A DNA stretch of 64,000 nt, from positions 75,020,001-75,084,000 of the forward strand of contig OZ024743.1 in the NCBI GenBank assembly GCA_964016885.1, in the 5' to 3' direction. Shown here in pieces: positions 38,059 to 52,435 of the stretch. Below the pieces are notes generated by a model. The model had not been told where the DNA came from. It saw nothing but the letters and a program-made list of their open reading frames with translations, and searched no databases. A program made the translations under genes and the position numbers. Numbering within the stretch: position 1 is the first letter of the stretch; each line of letters opens with the position of its first letter. This DNA is from Eledone cirrhosa (taxonomy: Eukaryota).

Positions 38059-41000
38059 AATGCAATATCAAAAGGTACACATCTGATGTTCAGCATAGCC
38101 TACACATCAGCAATACATGGAGACATCCTGTGTGGAATGGTGCCTTAGGCCTGGGACAGGTGCCATTGGTGGCAACTCAAGCTCTGTCATACTTGTCGAG
38201 TTTATTTTAAACAATGTCCCTCTCTATCTTCTATGACAGAGACTATCGAAGATTATCCATAATCCTCGATCTGCAGTTCCACCAGAAGAGACTGTGTAAG
38301 TTGACACCCAGTATCCCACTCAGGCCATCAATGACCAAGTTCGTACAAGATCACAAGAGCAGAAAATTGGGTCGTTTCTGTCACCTAAATTTATCGATCT
38401 GAATACTTGATTGATACTTATTTTACCGACACTAGATGGAAGTAAAGGCAAAATGGCTAAAAGGTGTGAGGGGCAGTAAAAAACAAACTAGAGACAGCCC
38501 ATACATCATCCACCGGCCCTCACTGTGGCTTTAAACTAGCAGAGTTATGACCACCTGGCTGCTCCACCTGACAGTGTAGTTAGGGGCTCTAGTACTGTTA
38601 ATTATACTCTACGTGGTTCTTTTCAAAGGCTGATAATACCTTACCGGTGCCTCTCGAATAAGGCAATTATTCAACCTATAAATGGGCCCTAACAGGTACT
38701 ACTACTTCGGGCCAGAGAAAACCTGGGAATGATAACAACTAAGGGGTAACTGCACATACCCCTCAGCCCCTGAACTCCCTAACTGGAGCATTGCCACTGG
38801 ATGCAGTTTATTGTCATACCCAAGACATAAATTACATTAAAACAAATAAAAAAAGAAGGAAATAATATGAACTACAGATAATAATGCTTTCTTTATTAAT
38901 AATAATGCTTTACAGATAATAATAAGAAGGGATAGTCCCCAATAGAGGGAGGGCCATATAAAACTATTAAATAAACACTCCACAACGAGACTTGTCTGAC
39001 CCCTAATTGCATTCTGCTGTCATTCTTTGGAGTACAGGTGCATGCCAAATGTAGATCATTCATTCCTGATACTATATATCTTAACTTAAATTTTATCAAT
39101 CTTACATGAAGGCAGCACTCTCATCTCCACGCCCTAACTTCCTCTCCGGGGAAAACTGAAAAAAGTCGATGAAGGTTTAACCGAAGAAGAAATTATCTGA
39201 TGTCAGTGTATTTCAGCTGAATCCATCGCACAACCACTTTTGCCACAACCAAAATAGTGAACTGTTTAACTTGTTTAACCCGTCTAAAGAAAGGTGGCGC
39301 GACAATCTTCTAAATGGTTTCGTCCGAAATCCAGATTCATATTATATATGACCACAGGTGTTAAACAAAACGTCACAATTCAGCAGTCGTCGAACACAGA
39401 ACGAGTGTTAGCAGAACAGTTTCCTCGCCTTGCGCTCATTTAAGCGACTTCTAGTCTAACGGTATGGTCATCGTTGCTGTTCGCGTCCGAACAGGAAGCT
39501 GTTCTGTATCGCAAGATCCTTAATTTTTCTAAACAACACAACAACTTCATCTCCCGATCCTTGCCGGCAGAGACACGTACCCCTATTAAGTATCGCTAAT
39601 GGCTACAATATATGAGGTTATTGAGGAGATGATCTCGATTCTAATGTGACCCCAGGCCACGTGCATTCACACTACCAATTTTGAGCAGGGCGATTCTGGA
39701 TAAAAAGAAAAAAAGGTGGCGAACATTCGTTTGGTTATGGTTGTTTTCTCGAGTCAGTTTTTATAAATTCTTTTGTTCATAGTTACTCGGAAATCTACGA
39801 TATCATTTAAATATTCGTGAGGCTTGTTGCTTTCAGTTTTATACCAACTTATTGTAATATTTCTTTATTTGCACACATCTGAGGCAGCATAACCCTGGAG
39901 TTCTGCGTGTCAGAGAGATAGAGCAGACGAATGAGGAGTGGTTATGACAACCTTTCTTTGGCTCGTGCATGCTGTCACCGTTGACCACTACATACACACA
40001 TACTTGTATACATATATACATACCTTAATTTATACATATATTTTAAAAGTATTTCTGACAATACAATGTAATAATATTAATCAATTTCAAGCAGCTAATA
40101 GATATGCTATAGTTTGTTTAGTTTACAAATATCTATATGTTAGTATGTGTAAGGAAGCAATAGCGAAGTCGTAAAATAATTGCTAGTTTATATGGTTAAC
40201 TAAAATATGTGTGTGAATAAAGCTGATATTTTTCACTGTGATCTGCAATGTACGGTTTAATATTCAAACAATCTATTTCTTGTGAACTTTCAAAACAATT
40301 TTGCTATCAAAAGACTCTATAATATTCTATAATATTTGATTAAACCTCATTTGCATCTCCGTGTGAGTTGAAAAACTTAAATTGAAAATTCTATTTAACT
40401 CCATTTTATATATCAAGGTTAGTTTGGCACAAGTAATTGGAATTGAAAAGTTATAAATACAGGTATTATATTCAAAACTTCTAAAAAGCCCAGCTGAGGG
40501 CACAAATAAATTGCTACGAACGTCGCTGGTAGTGTTCCCCACTGCATGGGGACCCGGGACAATTTCCCCTTTGCCCCCCATTAAATCCGGGCCTGTCTTC
40601 ATTAAAAAACTTAAATCGTGAAATATATTTATCTACATTGAAAAACTTAAATCGTTAATTTTATTTATTTACATTGAAAATCTTAAATCGTGAATCCTAT
40701 TTATCTACATTGAAAATCTTAAATCGTGAATCCTATTTATACTTGAAATAAGATACGCTGCCGTCATTTAGGTATGCAACCCTAAATAGAATAATCCCAT
40801 ACAACAGCACTTTGTCCTTTTTATTTCACTGACGGATCCGGTCTCTTGAGAAGACGAAATCTCGTTGTGAAATGTCCAGTTACAGTAATGTACATTATGA
40901 ATTCACATCATGTACTTTTATGAGCTTTTAAACCTAACCAAAGAAATTGTGTACAGTTATCCTATACGATAGCGCCATTAATATTTGATAAGTTTTATTG

Positions 41001-41579
41001 AAAGTGACATTCATTCCAATGTTTAATGTTGACTGGGAATTTCACATGGTATACGGTTTTATAAATTTATTTGCGCTACATAATCTCTAATATATTTGCT
41101 TGCTATCTACCTCTACAAGAAGAACATGTCTTCTTCAATCAACAACATAAAATCCAACAAAAGTATCCATCTTTAAAATGTTTTAACGAGTGGTATGTTT
41201 TAACCAATCCTGCCAATCGACTTTACAATAATTGTTAGAAACCCAAGTAAACCTAAGATTCATACATAATAGTGATTTCTTTGTTTTTCAACATTGCCTG
41301 GTTTCGTTGGTTTTTATTTGTTAATGTCAAAACAAAACTAAAATGCATCATGCATGGACTATTATAAACATAGAGAATTTCTACTGAAATAGAGATGTAT
41401 GGATTCTTAGAAGAAAGATTTATTTTGTACCCGAACAGTGAAGCCACTGATACAATTAGTTAGTTTATTGCAGTCAATGAAATCCATTTCCTTGAAATTA
41501 TCGATTCCAGCTATTGAACTTATATAACCAATACTACATTCTTATAGCTCTACTGAATATAAGGATTGTTTACAATAAT

Positions 41580-41788
41580 GGTTTCTGATTTAGGCACAAG
41601 GTCAACAATTTGGGTGGGGGGAAAGTCAATTAAATCGACCCCAGTATGTTACTGGTACTTTATTTATCGACCCCATAAGGATGAAAGGCAAAACAAACCC
41701 TGGCAGGACTTGAAATCATAACGTAAAGGGCCATAACTATATGCCGCATAGCATATTGTCCGACGCTCTACCAATCCTGCCAATCCAC
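41580..41788 (-). mobile_element. SINE A with TSD
   Basis: TSD tttacaataatg. Confidence 0.8.
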
Positions 41789-42659
41789 TTTACAATAATG
41801 ATTCCACGTAGTTGCATGTTTGTATGAACACCAACAACTGAAAATATACTGTATGTCTGGTTCCTTTCATGTTGTCGGTATGTAACGTTTCTGCCCCTTC
41901 TATCTTTTGATGTCTTGTAATGTACTTAAAAAGATACTTGCTATACAAAATACCAATAAGAATTCTACATTCATTCTGAGTTCGATTACATTGTTGTACC
42001 TTTTATATAACTTAAGTTTGTTATTTCTTCTCTTTGATCTCACCGTAATTATTATTATTACCAATGTCGCTTCATTGAAGACTTAAGTTTATATACATTT
42101 CTCTGGCATTCCTGTGGGTAACGTCGTTTAATTTTCTTTATATGTGTGTTTTATGTATGTATCTATCTATCTAACTATTTATATATCTATCGATATATCT
42201 ATCTATCTTTCTATATATCTATCTATCTATCTATCTAATAGAGTTTGCCCTGGTTGCAAATAAAAAGAAAATTATCTATCTAAGAGAGACACTGCACCCC
42301 AGTAAATTTACTGAAAGGTGGGTGAGTGTGGCAAAAATGGCCCGAGTGATTAGGCCTTCTCTGTTTATAAGCCTGTAGGTTAAAGAAGAGAGCAAAAGGA
42401 AGAAAGGAGCACTTGCACAACACGCTCCTGAAGTTGAGGGTTGTTCTATCGACGGGGTATTAAACAATCTATTTGTGGCGCTTCCCCCCTATTGGGGATT
42501 TCGATTGTTATAATTGTTTGTTTTATATTTTTTACACGACTGTATGTAAAATCCCCGGCATGTCTTTGTATTATCCCCTTTTCTTGTGCGCCCTTGTTGC
42601 AAATAAAGAAATTTATCTAAGATTTATGAATGTATGTATGTCACAAATTTAAGAAATTT

Positions 42660-44340
42660 CCTCAGAGAAGAAACCCCACTCAAACGAAATACTCGCTTGA
42701 GGGTTGTTACTTCTCTGAAGACCTTCTGCTGTCCAGCTCTCCTGAAATTTTGTAACCACCACTATGATTTATGAATGTACGTATGTATGAATGTCCCTCG
42801 TCTTTGGTAGGACATCACTCTTAGAGAAGGGTAGCTCTGACATAAAATCTGCGACTCGGTGGAAGCCAATGATGTAAGCCTGTCTTTCTCTCTGGATAAG
42901 TGTCACCGTTATTCAGAAAGTAGCATTAGAATCCAGTGCCAGGCCATTCTTAAAAACAATCTTCAAGCACAAGCGTTACTTAATCTAAGCATATTTCCCA
43001 TGAGTCCCATGAGGATGGCTGGAGTCGAAAAAAGTAAAACACATAATGATGATGAACTCAGACAATGATGTACTAGACAATGGCAATAAGGGCTCTGGAA
43101 CAAGGAAGGAAAGGGTCTGGCCAGGCAAGTGTTCAGGGCACTGCAGTCTGGGCCCGGTCGTCAACTGGCTACTGTGGAAAATATAAAATAAAAAACCAAA
43201 ACTTTTTAATATTGGTTGCTGGAATGTTCGAACAATGTTAGACTGTGAATCTACATCACCTCGTCCTGAAAGAGAATCAGCTCTTGTGACGAAAGGGCTT
43301 CAGCTTTATAACATGGATTTTGTAGCTTTGTTTGAGACCAGGTTTATTGGGGAGGGCTATTTTCAGGAACGGCCTGGTGGATGTGCAAGAAGGAGTCTGG
43401 AGTGGTATTTGCTGTTAAAAATACAGTTGCTTCCAAACTAGTTACGATTTCTCGTGGCTTCTCTGATCGGCTCATTTCTATTAGGGTTTCACTATCCAAA
43501 AAGTAGGTTTCTTAAATTTGTGATTATATAAGCTCCAACTGTGTGCTCTATGGAGGACGAAAAAGTTGCATTTTATCTCTCTCTAAAGGAAGTTGTCCGG
43601 AGATCTCTGTCCCTAAAGGAAGTTGTCCGGAGGTCTCTGTCCTTAAAGGATGTTGTCCGGAAGGTGTCTTTTCCTAAAGGAAGTTGTCCGGAAGATCTCT
43701 GTCACTAAAGGAAGTTGTCCAGAAGATCTCTGTCCCTAAAGGAAGCTGTCCAGAAAATCTTTCGATCTGATAAGATTCTCATACTTGAGGATTCTAACGC
43801 TAAGGTTGGAACGAACCACAAAACTTAGGATGTGACTGGTAAACATGGGATCGGAAAAAGTAATAACAATGGCTTGTAACTTCTGCAAGTGTGTCAGAAA
43901 CTAGATATTCGTATGGTTTGTATGGCTAACACTTTCTTCCAGGACAAGGAAGACAACCTGGATGCATCCAAGTTACAGTGGCATATAATGGATTTTGTTG
44001 TTGTACGTAGACATGATGTTCAAGACGTTTGTGATATCTGTGTGTTGCGATAAGTTGAGTCTTATTCGCACTAAAGTGATATGTGTGATGGAGTTGAGAA
44101 TACGATTAGGTGTTGTTGTTCCAAACAAAATGTAATATTGCTCGGGTTAAAAATGCTTCAAATTCGCATTGTGAATTCGCATTTAGAAATGGCTGAGGGA
44201 CAACATACATGAACATCTTCTCTGTGAGATATCTACAGAAGAATACATTGAACAGGGAATGGCTTTGTATTATGTCTTTGTTGATTTAACAAAGGTTTTT
44301 TGGTGCAGTGAATAGAGATATCTTATGGAAGATTCTCGCT
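42660..44340 (+). pseudogene. Decayed RTE LINE: 5'UTR, APE endonuclease, deleted RT start
   Basis: IGCWNVRTMLD...RPERESALV; D(F/S)NAKVG; W.HP...WH.MDFVVV; FVDLTK.F; internal ~30-bp tandem at 43580-43760. Confidence 0.8.
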
Positions 44341-44349
44341 CGGCTCGAT

Positions 44350-44867
44350 TAGCCTCTCACTACCAATACATCTCTCTCACTACCAATACCTCTCTCTCAC
44401 TACCAACTCACTACCAATACCTCTCTCTCACTACCAATCCATCTCTCTCACTACCAATACCTCTCTCTCACTATCTTTCTCACTACCTCTCTCCCTTCTC
44501 TCTCCTCTCCTCTCCCCTCTCTCTCCTCTCCCTCTTTATCTTCCCTCCCTCTCCCTTCCCTATCCCCTATCCCTTCCCTATCCCCTCTCTTTCCCCTCTC
44601 GCTCCTCTCCCTCCCTCCCCCTCTCTCCTCTCTCTCCTCTCCCTCTCTCTTCCCTCACTCTCCACTCTCTCCACTCACTCCCCTATCTCTCCTCTCCCGC
44701 TCTCTCCCCTCTCTCTCCCCTCTCTCTCTTTTATTTATATATTTATATATATAGAGAGGGGGTTAATATATTCAGATATTTAGAGAGAGGGGGCTATAAT
44801 ATAGTGAGAGGGGGCTATAATATAGAGAGAGGCGATTATCCGTGAATTTTTTCACGGGTCCAGCTAG
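44350..44867 (+). mobile_element. Non-autonomous Helitron-like element (3' end defined)
   Basis: Hairpin ccgtgaa-tttt-ttcacgg at 44840-44857 followed by CTAG|T; the body is CT-rich tandem sequence. Confidence 0.5.
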
Positions 44868-46155
44868 TATATATAATTATAATTATAATGTCTATAGTAT
44901 TAACATAAAATATGAAGACAGACGATAAATGACAGTTGTCTTAACTCTTCTATTAGTATAACTGTTTGATCAGTGGCCTGGAACGGAGCCGAGAAAAGGC
45001 GAAGGTCTGTTCTAGAATGTGTTACTGTGCCAAAAGTTACCTCCCAAAGGTGTTCGATGTTATTATAGATCAGTATAAAACATCTGTGAATTGATAACTA
45101 ATGTGAGTGTAGTCGAGAAAGTTGGATCACTTAGCACCATTGATTGTCATCCAGCTTCAACCTCGCTCTTTCCAATTCTATGTAATTAAAGACTAACTTT
45201 ACAATGCCAGTTTAATGTTGATCAGTTCGATTTCAGAATTAATATCACTAATTAACCGCCCAGTTGAAATTTCTACTTAAATAGTTCCTGGCATCTTAAC
45301 ACTTTTGAACTGTCCTGGAAACATATATATATATATATATATATTCACTCCTATTCTGTATATATATATGTATATATATGTGTGTATATATATGTGTGTG
45401 TAATGTATGTATGTATATATGTAATGTATATATGTATGTATATATGTACGTATGTATCTAATGTATGTATATGTATGTATGTATGTAATGTATGTACGTA
45501 TATGTGTATGTATCTATGTATCTATGTATGTATGTATGTATCTATGTATATATGTATGTATGTATCTATGTATGTATGTATGTGTATCTATGTATATATG
45601 TAATGTATCCATGTATATATGTACGTATGTATGTATGTGTATCTATGTATATATGTAATGTATCCATGTATATATGTACGTATGTATGTATGTGTATCTA
45701 TGTATATATGTAATGTATCCATGTATATATGTACGTATGTATGTATGTATGTGTATCTATGTATATATGTAATGTATCCATGTATATATGTACGTATGTA
45801 TGTATGTATGTGTATCTATGTATATATGTAATGTATCCATGTATATATGTACGTATGTATGTATGTATGTACTTATGTGAAAGAGAGAGAGACTGACCGA
45901 AAGGTAGTGTTGTGTATGCTTGTCTGAGTGTCTATGTGTTCCTATGTGTCTGAGTGTCTATGTGTTCCTATGTGTCTACGTGTTTCTATGTGTATCTGTG
46001 TGTGTACGGACCCAAACATGGCCGACTATCTCAACAGTTTGCTTCACAGTCACGTGGTCTTGTGTTCGATCCCACAATGCAACGCCTCAAACACGTGTCT
46101 TCTATAATGATCTTATGTGAAGCAAAGCTTTTATTATCATTATATTCTACAGATG

Positions 46156-46340
46156 GTGGATTAGCAGTATCGGTAGAGGGTTGGACGCCATGCTTTCTAG
46201 CATAGTTACGCCCCTTTACGATCTGAGTTCAAATCCCGTCGAGGTTAACTTTGCCTTTCATCCTTACGGGGTCGATAAAATAAAGTACCAGTAATGTACT
46301 GGGTAATTGCTGGCCTTGTGCCAAAAGTAGTAACAATTAT
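46156..46340 (+). mobile_element. SINE A with TSD
   Basis: TSD tattctacagatggt. Confidence 0.8.
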
Positions 46341-46504
46341 ATTCTACAGATGGTAGCTGGAAATCATTCGGCTATTCTAAAAAGTAATATTTATTGTAAA
46401 AGATTCAAGTGTCTTTTGTGGTTATAAAAACGGAAAATGAAGGTAAAGGCAAGGACTCTAGTGTCACAGAAGAACGCGGAAGGGGGGAGGGTGATGGGCT
46501 CTAT

Positions 46505-46720
46505 GCTTTGTGAGTGGGGTATGGGAGCTGCACACCGCGGACAAGACCGTAGAAGCATTCCCGCGGACAATGGCCAACGACACCTGCTTCAATAGCCACC
46601 CCTCCTCGCGGGGTTCCTTCCTCAGACGGGCTGCTGACGGTCCGATCTTGTGGAGGAGCTCGGCAGTATAGGGTCCAAGTACACCTGAGGTATCGACGGC
46701 AACGTAAAGGACATTGAATT
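46505..46720 (-). mobile_element. CRE-like RLE C-terminal fragment
   Basis: With one frameshift it reads VAVDTSGVLGPYTAELLHKIG...PREEGWLLKQVSLAIVRGNASTVLS. Confidence 0.65.
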
Positions 46721-46993
46721 AACAGAAACTGTGTTCAGTGTGCTAGAGGTCTGAATGGACAGCTTTGTAATATATTGTGTAAAGATGGTTCAGTTTAGTG
46801 TACAAAGGTGAAAGACAGTTAATTGTAGAAATGTCTATGGAACATTCAGCCACTTTTCCTGCTGTACAATATAAGTAGGAGGTTCCGTTGATCGAAAATT
46901 TGCCACAACAGGAGATCCATAAATGTGTATATAAGCAGTGGATTAGCAATAGAATGTTTTGTGTTCTGAATTGAAATATAGCAATTTCTTCGT

Positions 46994-47070
<77 letters not shown>

Positions 47071-47248
47071 TGAGTAATATTGTAGAACAATAAAACTATG
47101 TATATATCAGATAAGTAGCACTCAACAGTTGGTAGAACTGGAGTATATATAATAAAGATGAAATAAAGATGGTTATAAGAGTTCCATATATTTTATTATA
47201 CATATTTCGAATACAAAATCCTCCTGGGACAGATGTTGTGTTCTTTTT

Positions 47249-47314
47249 TTTTATCTGAAGAGAACACAACATCTGTCCCAGGATGATTTTGTATTCGAAA
47301 TACGTATAATAAAA
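47249..47314 (+). ncRNA. Type I hammerhead within a ~100-bp-arm fold-back
   Basis: ttttat CTGAAGA gaacacaa...ttgtattc GAAA tacgta TA ataaaa. Confidence 0.7.
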
Positions 47315-47350
47315 TATATGGAACTCTTATAACCATCTTTATTTCATCTT

Positions 47351-47422
<72 letters not shown>

Positions 47423-47856
47423 GCTATATATTGGTATACTATATTGGCTACTATATTGGTATATAATGGATGATCGCATTTAAAGTCCGATAAAGGTTCT
47501 TGGCACTACCATTGTTACCATCGCTTTCCTCTAGCCATGGGGCCTGGAGACATGAACCGAATGCTACCATTCTATTTTATATCAATGTGAACTGCTATTT
47601 CTAATAGCCATCTTTTCACCCCTTGATAATTTGTGTGTGAGACACGTTGGCTGAATGCTTCTGACAGGAACTAATAGATTGATTCTTTTTAGCTTCCCGT
47701 CCCCACGTAAAATTTGTAAATCAGTGGCTAGTTGAGAGATAGAGTCCTATCGGTTGCCAGTTAATCGCTTTACCGTGTCGGTTGTCACAAACAGTCATGA
47801 CCGGCACGGGCCGGTGTTTGGATTATGTCGATCGATTGGTTATTGATTAGACGATA

Positions 47857-47966
47857 CCCGCTGATGAAGCCGCATAAGCCGATTATGCATTGTTGCATAA
47901 TATATGCAGACAGATGATGCAGTGCACGTTACTGCTGCATTAATGCTGCAGAAACTCGAGTCCGGG
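47857..47966 (+). ncRNA. Type I hammerhead with ~83-nt stem II
   Basis: cccg CTGATGA [83 nt] GAAA ctcgag TC cggg; palindromic stem III, GUC site. Confidence 0.7.
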
Positions 47967-48114
47967 AACCTTATAGGCACCCGTTTTTGTGTTGTGTTGA
48001 GGCAAATAACGATGGGTATACTCTGGTAATGTATCTTACATTGCCCATTGAGTGCGCTGAGATACAGCCGGTACTGGCATTGATAAATATGCTGGGTCCG
48101 TCAACCCTTATTAG

Positions 48115-48180
<66 letters not shown>

Positions 48181-48494
48181 AGGTGTATTATTGGTTGTGC
48201 AAATCGGTCCAATAAATTTATGTTAGCAATATTAAGTTCTCCACGCTTTTGTATATCTCCAATTCCATTCAAGGGAACAGCTGGATGATGTAAAACGGAG
48301 TATTAGTATCAAAAGGAAAATTTCCAATCATTTTAATCACGACACATGTTTCAATAAGGGATAGATCGATGGTGAAGCCATGATCAATTATCACTGATCT
48401 CATCAGGTGAAAATGAATTGTCTTCAAATTCTTGATATGAAGGAGAAAATTAACAATGTTCACTCACAGAGTTTATTCCCTCATATGAAGATCC

Positions 48495-48541
<47 letters not shown>

Positions 48542-49137
48542 GAAAGGTAACATACGAGTTGATATATATAAAACCAAATAGTAGAAAGGAAAAAGATTTT
48601 TTCAGTAGAAAATATTGATGAGATACTTTAGTGAAATTTCAAAGCATTAATTTATTTACAATACCGGTTTCATTAAATGCATTGTCAATTGCGGATATGC
48701 AGAATATTGTTAAGTTGCATATTTGTACAAATAGTGAAAATAATGATAATAATTTGAAAAAATGAATTATCACATACGTTATCCTTCAGAGAAGAAAGTC
48801 AATTTCTCTGTCCATCCTTCTCTGCTAATGGCTTTGTTGTGACTAGACCAGCAGAGAAGTATGGACAGATAAATTCACTTTCTTCTCTGAAGGATCACGT
48901 ATGTGAAAATTAATTTTTCTTCCCCTCTCTATATTTTTTTTTTTTTTATCATTATTTTCACTATTTGTACAAATATGCAACTTAACAATATTCTGCATAT
49001 CCGCAATTGATAATGCATTTAATGCTGAAACTGTAAATAAATTAATGTTTTGAAATTTCACTAAAAAAAAATATTTCTTCAACATTTTCTACTGAAAAAA
49101 TCTTTTTCCTTTCTACTATTTGGTTATATATATAATC

Positions 49138-50662
49138 CCACACGTTCGGACATCCGCTCTATCAGCAAAAAGATCCTCGATAGAGTTCTACCATCTTTGC
49201 GGACTGCCTCATCACTCCCACTCTGGAGCAGAGCATCTGAGGCAATATCTTGGTTCCAAGAAATGCTCGACAAACGCCACACTTGCTTCCTGCAACTCAA
49301 CTATGCTTCTATCTCAGAGCCCCTCCTGAAGGACGCACTTACTTTTGCCAGGAATTTTACCACCATAACCGACGCTGAGCAAGATGTAATTCTCCATGCC
49401 CGTAAGACCTTCCTACGCCACGAGGGATCTTACTGGATCATCAAGAAGTCTCAGACCCCCTTTGACGTCAGCATGGGAGCGAGTGATTCGGCTGAAATAA
49501 GCGACCTCGTGGGCCTGTACATTTTACATCACCTGAAGAACCTCTTTACTGGCCTCACCGGAGGTTTATACTGAGACGACGGCCTCTTCGCCTTGCACAA
49601 GATTAACTCCAGAACTACTGATGGGTTTCGGAGAAACTTAAGCTCGTTCTTCTGTAATCTAGGATTTAGTATAACTATAGAATCTAATATGACTAGGGCC
49701 AACTGTTTAGATGTCACTCTCGACCTAGGTACTTCCCTCTATTATCCGTACCACAAACCTAACGAGTCCCTTAGATATATTAATGTTAATTCTAACCACC
49801 CCAATAACATCACTGATAACTTAGTAAAAAGTGTCTCAATTAGAGTCTCCGGCCTCTCAGCCAATGAAGATATGTTTAATGCCTCAGCCTCCTACTACAA
49901 TGACGCCCTTGCCCGCAGCGGATTTAAAGAAAAGATAACTTACCTAGAAACCACCGCAAGACTACACAGGAGGAATAGGCATATGCAGATTAGTTGGTAC
50001 AACCTCCCTTCAATAGAGAGGTATCTACACCTATAGCTAGGACTTTCTTCACTTTGCTGAACACACACTTCCCCATACAACATAGGTACCACACCATCTT
50101 CAATAAGAACACAATAAGACTCTCCTACGCCACTACACCTAACCTAACTAGGAATATAGCCAATCTCAATTCTAAAAAATTAAATAAGCCAACCACCTCC
50201 GAACCCAATCCCCGGACTGGGGCCTTGTACAACTGCTTAAATAAGGGAGCCTGCCAACTTGAAAACAAATGCCTGATAAATGACATCGTATACAAATGTG
50301 ATGTCATTTCAGGCACCGATGATAGCAACAACAAAAAGACTTACATCGGCATGACTTCCAATAATTTTAAGACCCGGTGGTATGCCCATACCCACTCTTT
50401 CAGAAGACCTGACAAATCAAATCAGACAACACTTGCCTCCTACGTTTGGGACCTCAAAAGGAACTCCACCCCCTTCACGCTTAAATGGAAAATACTCCAG
50501 AAAGCGCGCTCATACAAGGGAGGACACAAGTGCTGCGACCTTTGTATCTCAGAGAGCTACAAAATATTATTTGCCAAGGGCCCACTACTGAACAAACTCT
50601 CTGAACACTACCCGAATTGCATGCACAAAAACTTTGCAAATTTCAAATACCTTAAGTGTTAA
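49138..50662 (+). pseudogene. Decayed 5'-truncated Penelope-like (Naiad-like) RT-GIY-YIG ORF
   Basis: Colinear with the 21-23 kb protein (SDIRSISKKILDRV, FDVSMGASDSAE, GGLY*DDGL, YINVNSNHP, IVYKC...TYIGMT, CDLC, CMHK). In-frame TGA at 49572 and a frameshift near 50010; starts at a TA tract. Confidence 0.9.
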
Positions 50663-51069
50663 TGTCAGATGGCTAAAAAAGATTTCCCTTTTTTTTTTTA
50701 AACCCCACTCGACAAAATACCCCTCCACCTCCCTCCCACCCTACCCCTACCCCCTCTCGACCCAAAACACGGCACTATGGTCATGTAAGTACTTCTTACC
50801 TATCTGCTCTTTCCGCATGTAGAGCGTAATTCATATTTATACTGTATATGTGTCTGTGTATATGTGTATATTAATGAGTGTATGTATGTACGTATTTGTA
50901 TGAGCGGCCGTACGTATGTATGCGTATCTTTGTGTGTACGTGCGTTTATTTGTGTATGCGTATATGTGTATGTGTGCGTATGTTTGTGTGTGTATATATA
51001 TATATATATGTATATGTGTATATATATGTATGTGTATGTATATTTGTATATGTGTATATATCTGTATGC

Positions 51070-51119
<50 letters not shown>

Positions 51120-51242
51120 ATATATTATATATTCTTTATATATATGTATATATATATATGTATATGTTTGTATGTATGTATATATATATGTGTATGTATT
51201 TATGTGTATGTATATGTATATATATGTGTATATATATATATA

Positions 51243-51545
51243 TCAGGTCAGGTCACCAGTTGGTGTTACTGGTAACATGTATCCCAGTACAACCTGTCTC
51301 ATGATCGGGTCGTTGGCGACTAAACTGGCAACCCCACCAAGGTTTCTTGGTGAGGAGGGTGACTTTGGACATTCTGCAGGACTAAAAACAAAACCTGTCA
51401 AAGGGCAAAAGAGCTCTTAAGAGTCAATGGCCATCCAAAATCACCGGGAGAGATGACCCCTTAGCCTTTGTCAAGGCAGAATTCTAGGAGAAGGAAAACT
51501 CTGATATAACACCTGCAACCCTGATGGTATCCAATGATGTTGACT
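51243..51545 (+). mobile_element. RTE-like 5'UTR copy
   Basis: Homologous to 30825-31156 (reverse strand). Confidence 0.55.
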
Positions 51546-52035
51546 TTTTCTTCTTTTTGGTAAAATATCATCTGGGTTAAGAGAGTGGGACTGGCTTTGT
51601 GCAGTGCCTTTGCTCACTATAAAAGCTTCATGGCACAGGAATTGCTTTGTATCTGGAGATCTCTCTGCACTTGTCGTCACATGGTACCATGGGCCCAGCA
51701 CTATGTGTCAATAATTGTCACAAGTGTAGTGTTTGTACCAGAGTTTTCAAGTCGCTGGCTGGACTAAAAAGTCACACTCGTTCAGCGCATCGGTAGGAGT
51801 TCTCCTACATGGATATAAAGTAGTGGCCGTACTCGAAAACGAGTTGGCAGCCACCATATATATATATATATATGTTTTTATTTATTTTTATATATATGTG
51901 TGTATATGTGTATGTGTGTATGTATGTATATGTATATGTGTGTGTGTATATATATATATATGTGTGTACAAATGTGTATATGTGTGTGTATGTATATATA
52001 TGTATATATATATATGTATGCATGTGTGAGTCTGC

Positions 52036-52092
<57 letters not shown>

Positions 52093-52243
52093 TTTCGATA
52101 TATATGTGTGTGTATGTGTGTTTGTGCGTATTTGTGTATTTACTTATATATTTATATATGTATGTGTCTTTGTATGTGTGTACTTGTATGTGTATGTATG
52201 TATGTGTACGTACATTTATGTATATGTGTATATGTATGTACTG

Positions 52244-52278
<35 letters not shown>

Positions 52279-52357
52279 TTATGTATATATATATATGTAT
52301 GTGTATATGTATATATATATCTAAGTGTATGTATGTATGTGTGTATATGCGTGTGTG

Positions 52358-52435
<78 letters not shown>

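Noticed and set aside
32786-38096. Long poly-Thr/Ser/Leu/Val/Pro ORFs
   Set aside because: Translations of (ACT)n/(ACC)n arrays, open in several frames; no coding signal.
38200-41500. Relatively complex sequence that might hold host exons
   Set aside because: No ORF with recognisable motifs or convincing splice structure; small exons cannot be excluded without RNA-seq.
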